A DNA stretch of 64,000 bases, from the NCBI GenBank assembly GCA_051294375.1, contig CM119264.1, positions 25,360,051 to 25,424,050 on the forward strand, in the 5' to 3' direction. Shown here one piece after another: positions 28,901 to 41,483 of this stretch (positions are counted from its first letter, which is position 1; the number at the start of each line of letters is the position of its first letter). Made by a program: the position numbers and the translations under genes. The notes under the pieces were generated by a model. That model was not told where the DNA came from, searched no databases, and worked only from the letters and a program-made list of their open reading frames with translations. Origin of the DNA: Paraspadella gotoi. Its lineage: Eukaryota; Animalia; Chaetognatha.

Positions 28901-31900
28901 ATTATTTTTCAATTCATTTTGTTTATGAAAAAATAATTTGTATTATTTGCTTTTTGTACAAGGGACAAAGTGGTAAAAAGAGAAACCTCTTTTATAGCAC
29001 GTAAACACATGCATCTCTACTCTCCTTAATATCTGGGCTGCATTTTCTCATCTTTCACTCTCAGTAACATTGTATATTGACAGGAATCAAATATCTCCTT
29101 AGTAAGCGGAAGAGCAGAGTCCAATGTCGCCTCAAATGTTTTAATTCAAAGTCAGAATCCACTTTATCGAGACTTATGTTGACATTTGGACTCGCGTTTT
29201 CCTCCCGCCTCTTAGCTCGGTTGCCCCCCCTCCAACCCCTCCTATATTTAATCCCCCGGCAGGACGTTCACGGTGTGCTCTTTCTGTGCGGTGTGTTCCT
29301 CATGCATCGAGAACCAAGCAGTAGCGTGGGAAAAATCAATCGAGTGCTACAATCGCGGATATAAGGCGAGTCCTAGAGTGTCGTTTTGTTTGTTGTGGTT
29401 GGCGGATAGAGTTTCGCCTCGTATTTCGCGCTCCGCCGTCCTTTGGCATCACTCGCCTTGTTTTTCGTTGGGAAATAAAGGGCGGCGGGAGAAAAAAAGT
29501 ATTCATCTGTCTGTATTAATTGTCATCCTGTCTCTCTCGTTCTCTCTGTCTCTCCTTCCCTCCCTCTCATCTTTTAATATAGCATTAATCACACAACCGC
29601 CCACCTTCATCCATCTGCTTCTCAATATTTTCCGCGTCGATGTTCACGACTTCGAGTCGAAGTTCGATCGAATTTATTTTCATAGAAAAAACTTCCTCCG
29701 CATTTTCCCTTCTTTTCTCCGCTTCACGTTTCCTTTTTGTTTCCATTTCTTTTTCTTGGGTTTTGTGTTCTTGTTTTTCTCTTGTTTCTGCTTCTGTTTC
29801 TTCTTCTTGTTTTACTATTTCCAGCGGTTCTATCACAGCTGCCTCATAGGTTTGCCTAACAGCTGCTTCATCCGCTGCTTCATCCGCTGCTTCTTTACTC
29901 TCCAGAGCAAAGTCATCATCATCCTGTTCTCTCGGAATTACAACATCATCTTCATCGCCCAGTTTTATGTCTCCAGCATCAGGTCCATCAACTCCATTGA
30001 TTATCTTCTCGTCCGAAGCTTTAGTTTTTAATTTGTCAATTTCACTTTCTGTTTCGTAATCTTCGCGCGTAACTTCGTCATCGCGCTGAATCCTCTCGGC
30101 TCCACCTCCGGCATCGCCTCCTGCACCTACGGCCACTCCTCCATTTTCTGCTCCCCCTTCCCTCCTCGCTCCTTTTTCCCAGTCGCCCGCTTCGGCGGAG
30201 ATTTTGCCAAATTCCGCTTTAAGGTCAATCAAATCGGAATATGCGGCCTCCAACTCCTGGAAAGAAAATCGGGCCCAGGGTTTCGTCGAGAGAGAACGGG
30301 GAGAAGGAAAAAAAAGGAGACAGGATTTGAATGAGAGTGAAAGGGAAAATGAGGGGGAGATAATGATGTGGATCGGGTGAAAGAATAGAAAGAAGGTAAA
30401 AGCTGAAGGAGTTAAACTGAAATGTCGAAAAAGCGAAACTTTCATACAATTGAAACATTCTCTGAAACAATTATACCACTTCTTTTTTTCTTTTTTCTGT
30501 TTTTTTCATTGATAGGGAACCCAGGTACTTTGGGAGTGAATAATCGAGACTGTGAGAGAGTCTTAGCAGGGACCTGCTATATCATTAACTTGTAATAATG
30601 ATGGAGCTCTTAAACCACCAAAAGCCTGTCCAAAGTCAGGGCAGATAGCTTATCTAAATGAAATGAAAGGGAGAATTTTTATATTGGTTGTACCAATTTC
30701 ATATAGTTTAAAATTAAAAAAGAGAAGAAAATTGTTTAAAAACCGAATATTTCTTAAAAATTATAAAAACGATTAAAAGCGCGTGATCTGAGTTTTTTTT
30801 TTTTTTTTTTTTTTTCTTGTGGGAGAAAAAAAAAAAAGAGCACAGATCGAAACATCGATGAAAATTCTTTAATTCCGTCTTCGTCAACATCGATTAATTA
30901 TTTAAGAAAGAAATCTTCTTACCAAAACGAATTTTATGAGAGAGAAAACAGTCTCTCGAGAATTGAATGAAAAAATGAAAGAGAAAATTTAGGAGTCCCC
31001 CCCCTACGGCAACATAATCACCCAATATTAATAAAAGGCTTTTAGAAATAGCGATTAAGTATATTTCTCGCCTTTAATCAACAAAGTGAAGATTTTTTTA
31101 AACGAGCAAATATAATAAACATAGAACTAGAACACAATTATCGGTCTTTGAACCCACAATTACCATAAGGAATGCCAAGATAAACCAAAAGCATATGTAC
31201 TTTCCCCACGTCTCTCCTCATTCACGAGGTATTTGTTCTTCTCAGCGTTATTTTAATCTAAACACCACTCTTCCATTTAGATTCTCGCTACAGTATGTCG
31301 TCTGGATCGATGTACCGTTCCCCTTTGGTAATCTCCCCATCAGTAGCTCACCTATCCAATCCGATCGCTTCTTTACATCTACGTGACTCGCGAATTCTCC
31401 CAACATCAACTAACGAACCTCAAATCTACAATATCTCTCCTCCCCGCTCTCCATTCGTCCCAACATTTCCCCCATCAGTTTCCTCCTAACTAACATATTA
31501 ATTTTTCCTTTTATATTAAATGTATATGCCAGTAGTATTAATAATCAAATAATTAATTAGTTAATTAATCAATAGTCAATAATTAAGTCTGCGAGAGTCA
31601 TAAATAGGAGACACTTTCAATCAATCGGAATCGAAAGTGCGGCCACCGTCCACTCTTTACATCAATAATCCAATAACTTCACGTGATTGAGCTGGCTTTA
31701 ATCTCAAAAAAAGGGAACCATGTATGATGAAGGCTGATTAAATACCCAACTTGTGAGTGGATATTTGAGTTTGTACATGGATAAAATCATAAGCTTGGAC
31801 TTTGAGAAATCTTTTTACTTTTTTAACCAATAAATACTCTAATTAATCTTAATTTGATGGATAGATTGGTTAGTGCAAATTTGTGTGAGGGTAGGACAAA

Positions 31901-33363
31901 TTGTGACCGAAGGCTGTAATAAAAGTTCGTACCGAGTGGAAATGAGTTGAAATGGGAAAATAATAAATATCGGGAAGTCACCAATTTCCTACCTTATGGA
32001 CTTCTTTTTACTTATTTTTATATAAACTCTTCATAAAATGATTGAAGAATAATATAATAAAGTGAAGCGGGAATGAAATGCCTCGATGAAGAAGATCTAG
32101 ATATCAAAAAAGTCTCTATTAGAAAATCGGTATACATGTGTGCTCATCAAGAGAAAATAGAGATAATCAATTTAGAAAAAATAACTATAATCTACATATT
32201 ACTTTCTGAATAAAGACAACTTCTTCGTGTTATGAATCAGCAATGATCAATTTCCTCTTACATCTTCATTCAATTTCTCCTCCTATCACATTAATCTAAC
32301 AATATACATTAATTAATAATAATCGATTAATTATTAATTAATCTTTCGTAGACTAGATTCCGACATTGTTGCTCAACTTATTAATTTTGCTAATCAAATC
32401 ATTTCATCATTAATTGTGTTCTTTACACTGTTTTCATATTTCCTGATTTTACATGCCAAATAAATTCCACTTTGTACTGCAAAACTTTATTCTAGGCATA
32501 CCTTTTTAATATATAAATAAGCTGATGCGCTATATACATATTTTTAATTTATGAAATTAAGTAAAGAATCTTTGTGCTGTCTCCCTGATCTTGATCTAAT
32601 CAGAGCATGCTCATGCGATCTATTCTCTCAGTCACATGCTAAACATTGTGCAACTGCTTTATCCTACAGTCAATTAATACTTTCTTTAAAATCATCCCTT
32701 ACTATCTTAATATCTATAGCGTAATATATCATGACTAAACAAAAATTCTCGTGAATAAATACGAACTATAATTAGTAGAGATTCAGCACGTCTCGGCAAG
32801 TCATATCTAATAATCCTATTTAATCCATCATTCCTCATTATTTCTAATGNNNNNNNNNNNNNNNNNNNNNNNNNATAAGAATCAAGTAAAAGAGCATATT
32901 ACTTTCCCACGTCGCCTCATTCCGAGGTATTGTTTCCTCACATTATTTTTTTTATTCATTAATTAACACATCCCTCCATTTTATATTTCTCCTACAGATG
33001 TCTCTGATCGAGCTTTACCTTTTGTTTCCCCTTGTAATCGGCCCTCAGAGCGACCATTTCGTCCACGATCGCTCTTCTCTCTCTCCGAATTCTTCGCAAC
33101 TCGATCCTCATCTCTTCTTTCTTCTCCGCCTCCATTTTCTCCAACATTTTTTCCGTTTCCTCCAAATCCCACGAGGACAAAATCTAGGAGCGTTTCATTT
33201 TTAACACATGGTCACAATTTTTGGGGCGTTTAAATTATCACATTCCATTGCGATTATAATTAAAATATAATTTTTTTTTTAAAATTTCAATAATTAAATC
33301 AAAAATTTGAAAAAATTAAAAATGAAATCTATTAGTTTCGATAATTTCGTCCAATCAATATCA

Positions 33364-33414
<51 letters not shown>

Positions 33415-34605
33415 ATCTTCCCCTCACCTTCTCTATCTGCGGCGTGGCGGCGATATCGCTCGGCCGCTGCCCGTCGACGGATCTCAGACGCGGATCCGCG
33501 CCGTTGCGTAGCAACAGACGCACCGCGTCAGGATGACCCGCGAACGCAGCACGAAAAAGGGGAGTTCGACCGTAGGCACCTCTGGTAAAAAACAAAGGGC
33601 GATTGTTATATATTGATTTACTAATTACTAAATTTACTTTACTTAATTTTAATTTGATTGATTCATTTATCGTTTTTCAGTCTCGATTTTACTAATACTT
33701 TGTTTGTTTGTTTATATCCCTTCAACATTCTATTATCCTTCTCTTTCTTCCGACGCTTCATCAATCTTTTTTCCCTTCCCTACTTCATCTTCTTCTCCCC
33801 TCCTATTGTCTTTTCCCCCACTCCGCGAGAAAATGATCTCATGGAAAATTGCTTTTTTTTTCGTACAGCGATATTTCGCTTTGGAAGGAACGGCTTATTT
33901 TGACGCGTCTCGGCGCCAAGCGCGCCGGTAGCGCCGGTGGCGCCGCTTCCATCCGAATCCGCCACCCTCGCCGCCGCTTCCGCCCCCCACCGGAGAAAAG
34001 GGCGATAATTCAAAAAGGCTTTTAATGCCTTCGCCACGATTTCGATTTTCACGCCCAAGAGGATGTTGAGTGAGAGGCGTGGGAAAATGGCAAAAAAGAT
34101 GGTAAGATTAAAGAAACAAAACAGATTATGGCGGCGGAAGATGTCAGATGGGCGGAGAAACGTAACAGAAGATGGCAAAAAGAAAGAATAATAGCAGAAA
34201 TAACGAGAAACAATGGTTGATCGAAAGTAATAGTATTATTGAAGGAAAATGACTGGAAGTAGGTTAACATGAATATATTGTATTTGTAAAAACTTTAAGA
34301 GAAGAATATGTATGAAAAAAAAATAATAAAAATGCATTAAAATAACAGTAAAGAAAACCCTAATGCCAAAGTGTTTGTGAAACTGAAAATTGTTAATAAT
34401 TTACAAAAATAAAACAAGAGAATGGAAAAATAAAATGGCAGACGAAGCGCTAGAAAAGGGAGAAAAATCCAGGAAAGCAGAGAAGATGGACGGAAAATAG
34501 AAAATGGACGAAGAGATGAAAAAAGATGATGAGCGAGAATGGAGGAGAGATGGTCGAGAGGACGAACGACGGGAACACTTAATGGCGATGGATAAAAGGG
34601 GAACA

Positions 34606-34655
<50 letters not shown>

Positions 34656-34942
34656 TTTTTTCGTCTTCGCCTGGAATTGACGTCGGCCCCTTTGCCGAGA
34701 AGCAACTGCATCGCCGCCAAGCATCCGCCGCTCGAGGCTTCCGAGAGACACGTGTTTTCGTTAGCGTCGCGCGTTTCCACAAGCGCCGCCTCGCGTTTCG
34801 ACGACGCCAAACGGCGAGCAGCGTCGGCACCGGGAGAGACCGGCGGTGACGGCGAGAGGTCGATGACGAGACAGCGACGAGTCGGATTCCATTCTCCTCC
34901 GTTGCGACGGTTGTTCGTTCTACATAATAATGAGAGAGAGAG

Positions 34943-35009
<67 letters not shown>

Positions 35010-37001
35010 GGAGAGAGAGAGAGAGAGAGAGAAGAGAGAGAGAAGATGAGAGAGAGAGAGAGAGGAGAGAGAGAGGGGGAGAGGAGGAGATGGGGGAGGG
35101 GATGGGGGAGAGAGGGAGGGAGAAGAGAGAGAGAGTTAGAGGAGGGAGGGAGGAGAGGAGAGGAGGTGTAGGAGGGGGAGGGGTAGGAAAGTAGAAGAGA
35201 GGGGCGGGGGGTGGAGTGGAGGGAGTGAAATTGGAGGAGAAGGGGAAGAGGAGAGGAGAGTGGCAGAGGAGGAGAGGAGAGAGAGAGAGAGAAGAGAGGA
35301 GAGAGAAGAGAGAGAAGAGAGATGAGTGATTACTGTTACCCATTAAGTTACCATTTGTAAGCATTTGTACTAACATATGTTAATTATCTTTTTAATTTTC
35401 CATCTTAAATAAACGATTAATTTTTCGGGGATAAAACTAAACTTCATCTTGATGCAATGATTGCCTTTTTTTAAACAAGAACGACGTTCTTTTCTTTTTT
35501 CTTATCTTATTTTCCGACGCGACGAAGAAACCGTAAATGATAAATCATATATCGAGATTCCATCGCGCGTTCGACGATCGGGAATTCTTTACTTCCATCA
35601 ATCAACTTCATCACTCCCACTTCTTCAGTCCATATCTTTAATTCCATTAATCAAATTAGTTTCATTCTTTATCAATATCATGTCTGGAGTCGGTCATTGT
35701 ATAAGTTCATCAGCATGNNNNNNNNNNNNNNNNNNNNNNNNNNNNNNNNNNNNNNNNNNNNNNNNNNNNNNNNNNNNNNNNNNNNNNNNNNNNNNNNNNN
35801 NNNNNNNNNNNNNNNNNNNNNNNNNNNNNNNNNNNNNNNNNNNNNNNNNNNNNNNNNNNNNNNNNNNNNNNNNNNNNNNNNNNNNNNNNNNNNNNNCAAG
35901 CCTGGTTCTAAGCCCAGGACCCGTTCCATGGCTGCTGAGAGATGGCATAGAAATTACGGATAGTACTCTTCCGCCCACATAGCGCCTTCTCCACATGTCC
36001 TTATTCTATTCATCAACGCTTAGATTCAAAATAACAATTTAATTTACATTAGTTAATTTAGAAACAAAAAATATGTTAGAAATTCTATTATTGTTTGCCT
36101 GTTGATAATTTAACAATTGATATTACAGAGACTTGCCCTTTTTACCTTAACTTCCATCCTTAAATACTATGTCAAACGTATTTAAAGTACGATGCTAAGT
36201 TTTGTTTACCTTAGTCAGTTAGTGACCCCTGGAGATTAGGTGAAAATCTTTCTCCAATTTTCACAGTTCTTTCAGTTCGTTTAAAAACGAATGAAACTTT
36301 CATTTCCCCGCTCCTTACTCATTTTGCCTTCTCGGAGACAAGAAGTAGAGAGCGGAATTATTCCTAAAATATTACTTTTACCTTTTGATGACTATTTGCT
36401 TCATTGTGATTAAAAATTAAAACAATTTTTATTTGCAAAATTTATATTTTCCAGATACCTTTCTTTCTCTTTTAATTATCTTTTCTTCTCTCCCAATCCG
36501 TCCGCCTACCCATTCACCCCACCCACCAACTCACCACCCCATCCCCTAACGGCTAACCTCACCCAGTAACTCTTCGATGGCTTCCACGTCTCCATCGTAC
36601 GAGGCTTCGAGAATTCTTCTCTTCCTCGCCTCCGCTTCCTTCTTCCGGCGACGCGCGTCCGCCTGCGTCGATCTGGCGCGCGCCTGGCGGTCGCGCTCCA
36701 TCTGCGCCATCTTGCGGAAAGCCTGATTAAAACAAGAGAGAGAGAGAGATTTAGAAATACACGTTTGTATCTGAGAAATAAAAAATCGAATCTGGGAAAT
36801 AAGACAACAAAAATCTTATTATCATACTTCTTGCTGCATCTTCGCCACAGTCGGATTGTTGGCGTCCAGCACTTGGTCGATTTTAAGTTCGCACAATTTA
36901 CAAAAGAATTCTTCGTGGCCGTGTTGGCAAATTTCATTTCGCTTTTGTTTCAATTCCATTTTTTCGAATGCCAAATTGGTAACGTTGTTTTTTATAAGAT
37001 C
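26000..37001 (-). CDS. IQANK1: IQ motif and ankyrin repeat domain-containing protein 1 family homolog (ankyrin repeats, coiled coil, conserved C-terminal domain)
   Basis: Phase-consistent exons: 37001-36828; 36722-36563 (AFRKMAQMERDRQ..RRILEASYDGDVEAIEELL); 34919-34671 (one indel; ..ETRDANENTCLSEASSGGCLAAMQLLLGKGADVNSR); 33581-33428 (GAYGRTPLFRAAFAGHPDAVRLLLRNGADPR); 33183-33019 (ILSSWDLEETEKMLEKMEAE); 30256-29605 (ELEAAYSDL..); 27102 into the gap (VRAKLLAKDAEEA..). Last exon probably near 26150-26000. Motif order matches IQANK1 as recalled (LLDAAFDGDV / GNTPLSEAAAGG / GAFGxTPLYRAAFGGH / SWDL / ELQQAYCEL / GALRYGKP). Confidence 0.85.
27145..28530 (-). repeat. Inverted noisy copy of about 19890-20545 inside an IQANK1 intron
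   Basis: 27145-27270 is the reverse complement of about 20545-20450. 27850 ttcgagccaaactgttg is the reverse complement of the VRAKLL exon. 28455-28530 is the reverse complement of 19890-19962. The block starts right after a 25-N gap. Confidence 0.7.
30505..30702 (+). mobile_element. About 200-bp dispersed repeat, same family as 46313-46523
   Basis: Runs from ttcattgatagggaa through gggagtgaataa, gactgtgagagagtctt and gggacctgctat to attggttgtaccaatttcat. A noisy duplicate lies at about 21583-21812. Confidence 0.6.
34605..34655 (+). repeat. (GAC)n microsatellite
   Basis: Tandem GAC repeat seen directly, just inside the intron after the first ankyrin exon. Confidence 0.9.
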
Positions 37002-37786
37002 CTTTTAAAAAATATTTGTGGGGGGAAAATACTAAAGAGAGTGAACTTTTTGGGTACACTTAATTTAATTTACACCCTTTTAATTTAAATACTAGATTTT
37101 AATACAAGAAGATCCAATCTAAAAATTAAATTTTACTTGAAAGGGGAAACAATGAAGAAAAACTCTTACCGGCCAACAAATTTGGGTTTAAATAGAGCAG
37201 ACATCGATCCATTGCCATAAATTTTCCGTCAATCCTAGATCTGCAATGAGAGTACTATTCCCTCGGGATTCTCACCTCTCCGCGCCAAATGAAATGACCA
37301 CAAATTAGCGACCAAGTTAATGGGGTCTCCTTTGCCCTAGATTGCAATCATGGGCGACTGTTACTCGATAAGACACTTGACAGGTCGCTGGACTATCTCT
37401 CTCTTTCATTGATTGAAAACTACGTTTCAATCAATTATATTTTTATTGTTATTTTGAAAGTACTAGTTAACTAGGACCTTGTTCATTTAGTTTTGACATT
37501 TAACTGGTGTCTAGCGTTTAGAAAATTAAAAAGAAATGCTTTCCTCTATAAAATTATTAAAACATACTTTCCTCGTTGAGCACGTACAATGTATGTACGT
37601 ACGTCGTACATATTATCAGCAGACTAGATACTATACTTATTTTTAATAATTTTTAATAATTTTCGGAATTTACCGGCACGGTAAAAAAAAACAGAAAAAA
37701 CAAACTACCTATTCATTTATCTCATTGAATTACATTGCATATAACATGTTCATTTTAAAATTAACGATCTTTTGAGAATGATTGGT

Positions 37787-37802
37787 GGCCCTGAAAAGGG
37801 CC
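37787..37802 (-). promoter_or_regulatory. Histone mRNA 3' stem-loop (SLBP site), followed by a probable HDE
   Basis: Minus strand reads CCCAAAC-GGCCCTTTTCAGGGCC-ACCAAT, about 40 nt after the H1 stop. A purine-rich CAAAAGAT (about 37767-37774) sits at the expected U7-binding distance. Confidence 0.95.
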
Positions 37803-37843
37803 GTTTGGGTGGAAAAAAAGTTTTTTTTTTCAAAATCAAAACT

Positions 37844-38491
37844 TTACTTCTTTTTGGGCGTTTTCTTGGCAGCGGGCTTCTTAGCGGCGGGCTTTTTAGC
37901 CGCCGGCTTTTTCGCCGGAGTCTTCTTCACTGTCTTGGGCTTGGCTGCCTTGGGCTTGGCCGGGCTCTTCTTAGCCACCTTGGGTTTCTTGGCGGAGGCG
38001 GGCTTCTTAGGCTTGGCGGCGGAGGCAGTCTTCTTCGGGGTCTTTTTGGCGGCGGGCTTCTTGACCGCCTTTTTGGGGGAAGCAGCCTTTTTGGCGGCGG
38101 CGGGCTTCTTGGCAGCGGCCGGCTTGGCAGCCTTCTTCGGAGACTTCTTGGCGACGGCCTTCTTGACGGGCTTCTCGGCCTTAGCGGCTTTGAAGGATCC
38201 GGCGTGGCCCTTGGCGGTGACGAGCTTGCCGCCAGCGACGCCCTTCTTCAGAGCGAGGTTGAGGCTGGTGTTGGTCTTCTTGTTGTCCTCCACCTTGAAG
38301 TTGGCCAAGATGTACTTCTTGATGGCCACCTTCGACGAACCTTTCTTGTCGGCGAGGGCGACGATGGCTTTGGCGATCATCTCACCAAAGGGAGGATGAG
38401 AGGCGGGCTTCTTGGGCTTAGCCACCTTCTTGGCCTTGGCGGCTTTGGCGGCAGGGGCGGCGGCGGGAGCGGCGGCTTCTTCCTCCGACAT
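37844..38491 (-). CDS. H1: Histone H1 (linker histone), 215 aa, intronless, replication-dependent type
   Basis: Globular domain SHPPFGEMIAKAIVALADKKGSSKVAIKKYI..LALKKGVAGGKLV..GSFK. K/A/P-rich C-terminal tail with S/TPKK motifs. 3' stem-loop present. Confidence 0.97.
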   Translation of the reverse strand: MSEEEAAAPAAAPAAKAAKAKKVAKPKKPASHPPFGEMIAKAIVALADKKGSSKVAIKKYILANFKVEDNKKTNTSLNLALKKGVAGGKLVTAKGHAGSFKAAKAEKPVKKAVAKKSPKKAAKPAAAKKPAAAKKAASPKKAVKKPAAKKTPKKTASAAKPKKPASAKKPKVAKKSPAKPKAAKPKTVKKTPAKKPAAKKPAAKKPAAKKTPKKK

Positions 38492-38573
38492 TTTGTCTTC
38501 TTCGATGGCAACGAAAAAAAAGATCTGCGGAATAGAAATTTGAAGTCGATAGCTCTCGGCCGCGGGAATCTAA

Positions 38574-38601
38574 CTCTTCATACTCGAGGAGGAAAAGGAT
38601 C
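38574..38601 (-). promoter_or_regulatory. H1 core promoter: GATCC pentamer plus TATA-like TATGAAGAG
   Basis: Minus strand reads GATCCttttcctcctcgagTATGAAGAG about 85-110 nt upstream of the ATG. A GATCC just upstream of the TATA box is a known invertebrate histone promoter motif. Confidence 0.45.
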
Positions 38602-40819
38602 GGACCTTAACGAGAGCGCTACAGGATCGTCGACTCTTGGATGCGAGATCGAGTCTTCGGTTGTGTTAGTTAAGTCTGACATTTATTAAAATTACGCTTT
38701 ACTGACTTTCTAAAATGTATTTAAAAATATTTGAAATGTTAGAATAAGTTATTATCTCTCGAAAGATGTATCATACTTGTTAAAAAAATGCGGATAACAA
38801 TGTAAAATGGATAACAAAATTATGAATACATATAGGATGAGAAGTCGGCAAAATCATTCACCAACACATTCAATGATTCATTCCTTTTTGTTCAATTTTT
38901 ATAATACTAATAATGCACCAAATAATCATTAACTATTTCAAATAAGCTACAATAGTTTCTTGTATTTCATAATATAGGTAAGATAAAATTTGGGAGACGT
39001 TTATATATTTCTACTTTCGTTAGGCTTAGTATGACGTTGGATTAGAGCAATGGAAGTTTTCTTGGATTCTATTTCAGTTTTCATTAAATAATAAAGAATA
39101 TTATATATATAGCCTATAGTATATTTATAGTATAGTTAAATACATCCCGAAATCGACATTAAGATCTTCCGTAAACTATGTAACCAGTTAAATTTAACAC
39201 AATTCTTAATACTTCTAAACAGAAGCTAGCTTTACCAACCTTTAAGACTATAAAATTCACTCAAATATATTCCTTCTGCCTTTTTCGCGTGTATATCAAA
39301 CTTTTTAGCAATCTGAATTAATACAAAAACGTCAAAAGCAACTAAATGACATTTTACGATTTCGTTTTCACCGTTTTACATTTTGATTATATACATCGTT
39401 CGTTTATCAATTCAATTTCCTCATCCAGACAATTCCTTGTCACATATTTCTCTCATTCTTTATTCACTCAATTTTTCCTTTTCCAAAAGTTTCACAAAGA
39501 ACGTCGATCTCAAAGCATTTTTTACCCGCCAAAACGAAAAAAGGAAAATACCCCCTCAACTTGAATCCACGGACGACAATCATATTGAATTCGGCTAATC
39601 GCAGGAAAGCATAGTCTATTTCGACGAATCACCGACGAGTAATTTCTGCTCGACGTAATTCGTCGTTCTGGGGGAACGAATGCTTCGGAGCCGTGGTATT
39701 TGTCGTCGTCTTCGTTGTCGTTGCCGTTGTCGTCGTCGGGGCAGACGTCGTTTCCGATTATGAATGGAACGGAGTGGAATCGGCGCGGCGATGGGTAAAT
39801 TGAATTGGCGATAAATAAAGGAGAAAAGGAAACAAAGCATGAAGTGTACCGAGGAGAGAAGAAGGCAAGTAACGAAATGCGCAATGAACGGTTGCCAAGA
39901 AAATTTGCGCCTCGAATAATAGGAATAAAGAATTGTTCTATACTAGTTCTATACTGGTGTCGTAGAAAAATTTTGAATTAAAGTAGCGAACGAAAAAATT
40001 GAAAATAAAACAGAAAATACTTCCTTATACAATTTCTATAATTCAAATCTATTTCATGACATGAACTATTCAGTACGCTTTTTTCTGACTACAAACAACG
40101 ATAACATCAGAATACTGCAAATTAACAAGAATTTATAGTTTGCCCTAATTTGGTTCCATTAGAATTCAATCCTAATTCAAACCTGCGTCCACCCCTTCTT
40201 TTGATACCGAAATATTTTTTTATATATTCTTATTATGTTTCCATCTATTTGTTATAAAATCAAACCTTTGAGCTATGATTTGTAAGCTAAACTAGTAACT
40301 TTACGTATGTTACTGATTGAGATATTTGTTCTGCAGCCACGATAGGAGTTTTCTCAAAGATAGCTGCAGTTCTCTAGCGATTTTCAGCAGCAGCAAAGGC
40401 GAACAAAAGCTCAACGGTCTTCATTCATATCAATTTCACATGAACACGACGCGGTTGCAGGATTATATTTATTTATTTATATCTTCTTTTTATTCTATGG
40501 ACGGAATTTCAATCTCGCAGACCAGGATTTTCTAATTCCTAAATTTGTTGTCGCGTCATCGTCATCATTTTTTATTTCAGAAAATTTGAAATGAAACTCA
40601 ATGCTTTGGCTTGGACGGCGACATCTGTTATTCAGTCTGAGTTATTCCTATCAACGGTTTCTAATTGAGAACGAAAAATAGATTTTACGACCATGTACTA
40701 ATCTAGAGAGAGAACAAAATTTATTTGATCACAAACAACGGGTTTTTTATTCCAAAAAACGGACATGTTTTGACTCTAGTTTTTTGAGTCTTCATTAGCA
40801 CGGAATAAATTTTTGCAAG

Positions 40820-40898
<79 letters not shown>

Positions 40899-41279
40899 TA
40901 AAGGTCTCCAACAATGAGTTTAGAAAGGACAGAGGTTAGAGAGTGAGGACAGTTGAAGGTAAGGACAGGAGAGATTAAAGAAGATTGAAGAAGAAACGAA
41001 AAAATGTCATTTTCAAATGTAAGTAGTGGGTATATTATTTGGGAAACAATAAATTTTCATAATGTACCCGTTGTTTGTAAATAAAAACGTGATCATGTAA
41101 TCAAAGCAATTCAAGTTTTCCAACCATCAACTAAATCAATTAATATTTTTTTCAAGCTCATAGATACGAAAAATTGGATTTTCTTTTCAACGTTAACATA
41201 AATCATTTATGTATTAGTTCATTCCATCATTCATATTTCATTCATTCCATCGTTTATTCATTCATTGATTTCATCATTC

Positions 41280-41281
41280 AT

Positions 41282-41368
<87 letters not shown>

Positions 41369-41373
41369 TATAT

Positions 41374-41432
<59 letters not shown>

Positions 41433-41483
41433 TTCATTCATTCATTCATTCATTCATTCATTCATTCATTCATTCATTCATTC
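41280..41483 (+). repeat. Compound (ATTT)n-(ATTC)n microsatellite
   Basis: Seen directly. Confidence 0.95.

Noticed and set aside
37772-38689. 305-aa and 205-aa plus-strand ORFs
   Set aside because: Antisense shadows of the Lys/Ala/Pro-rich H1 coding sequence.
39522-39884. 120-aa ORF with an acidic DDDNGNDNEDDD patch
   Set aside because: No recognisable domain or clear splice context, and GAC-rich low complexity is common in this genome.
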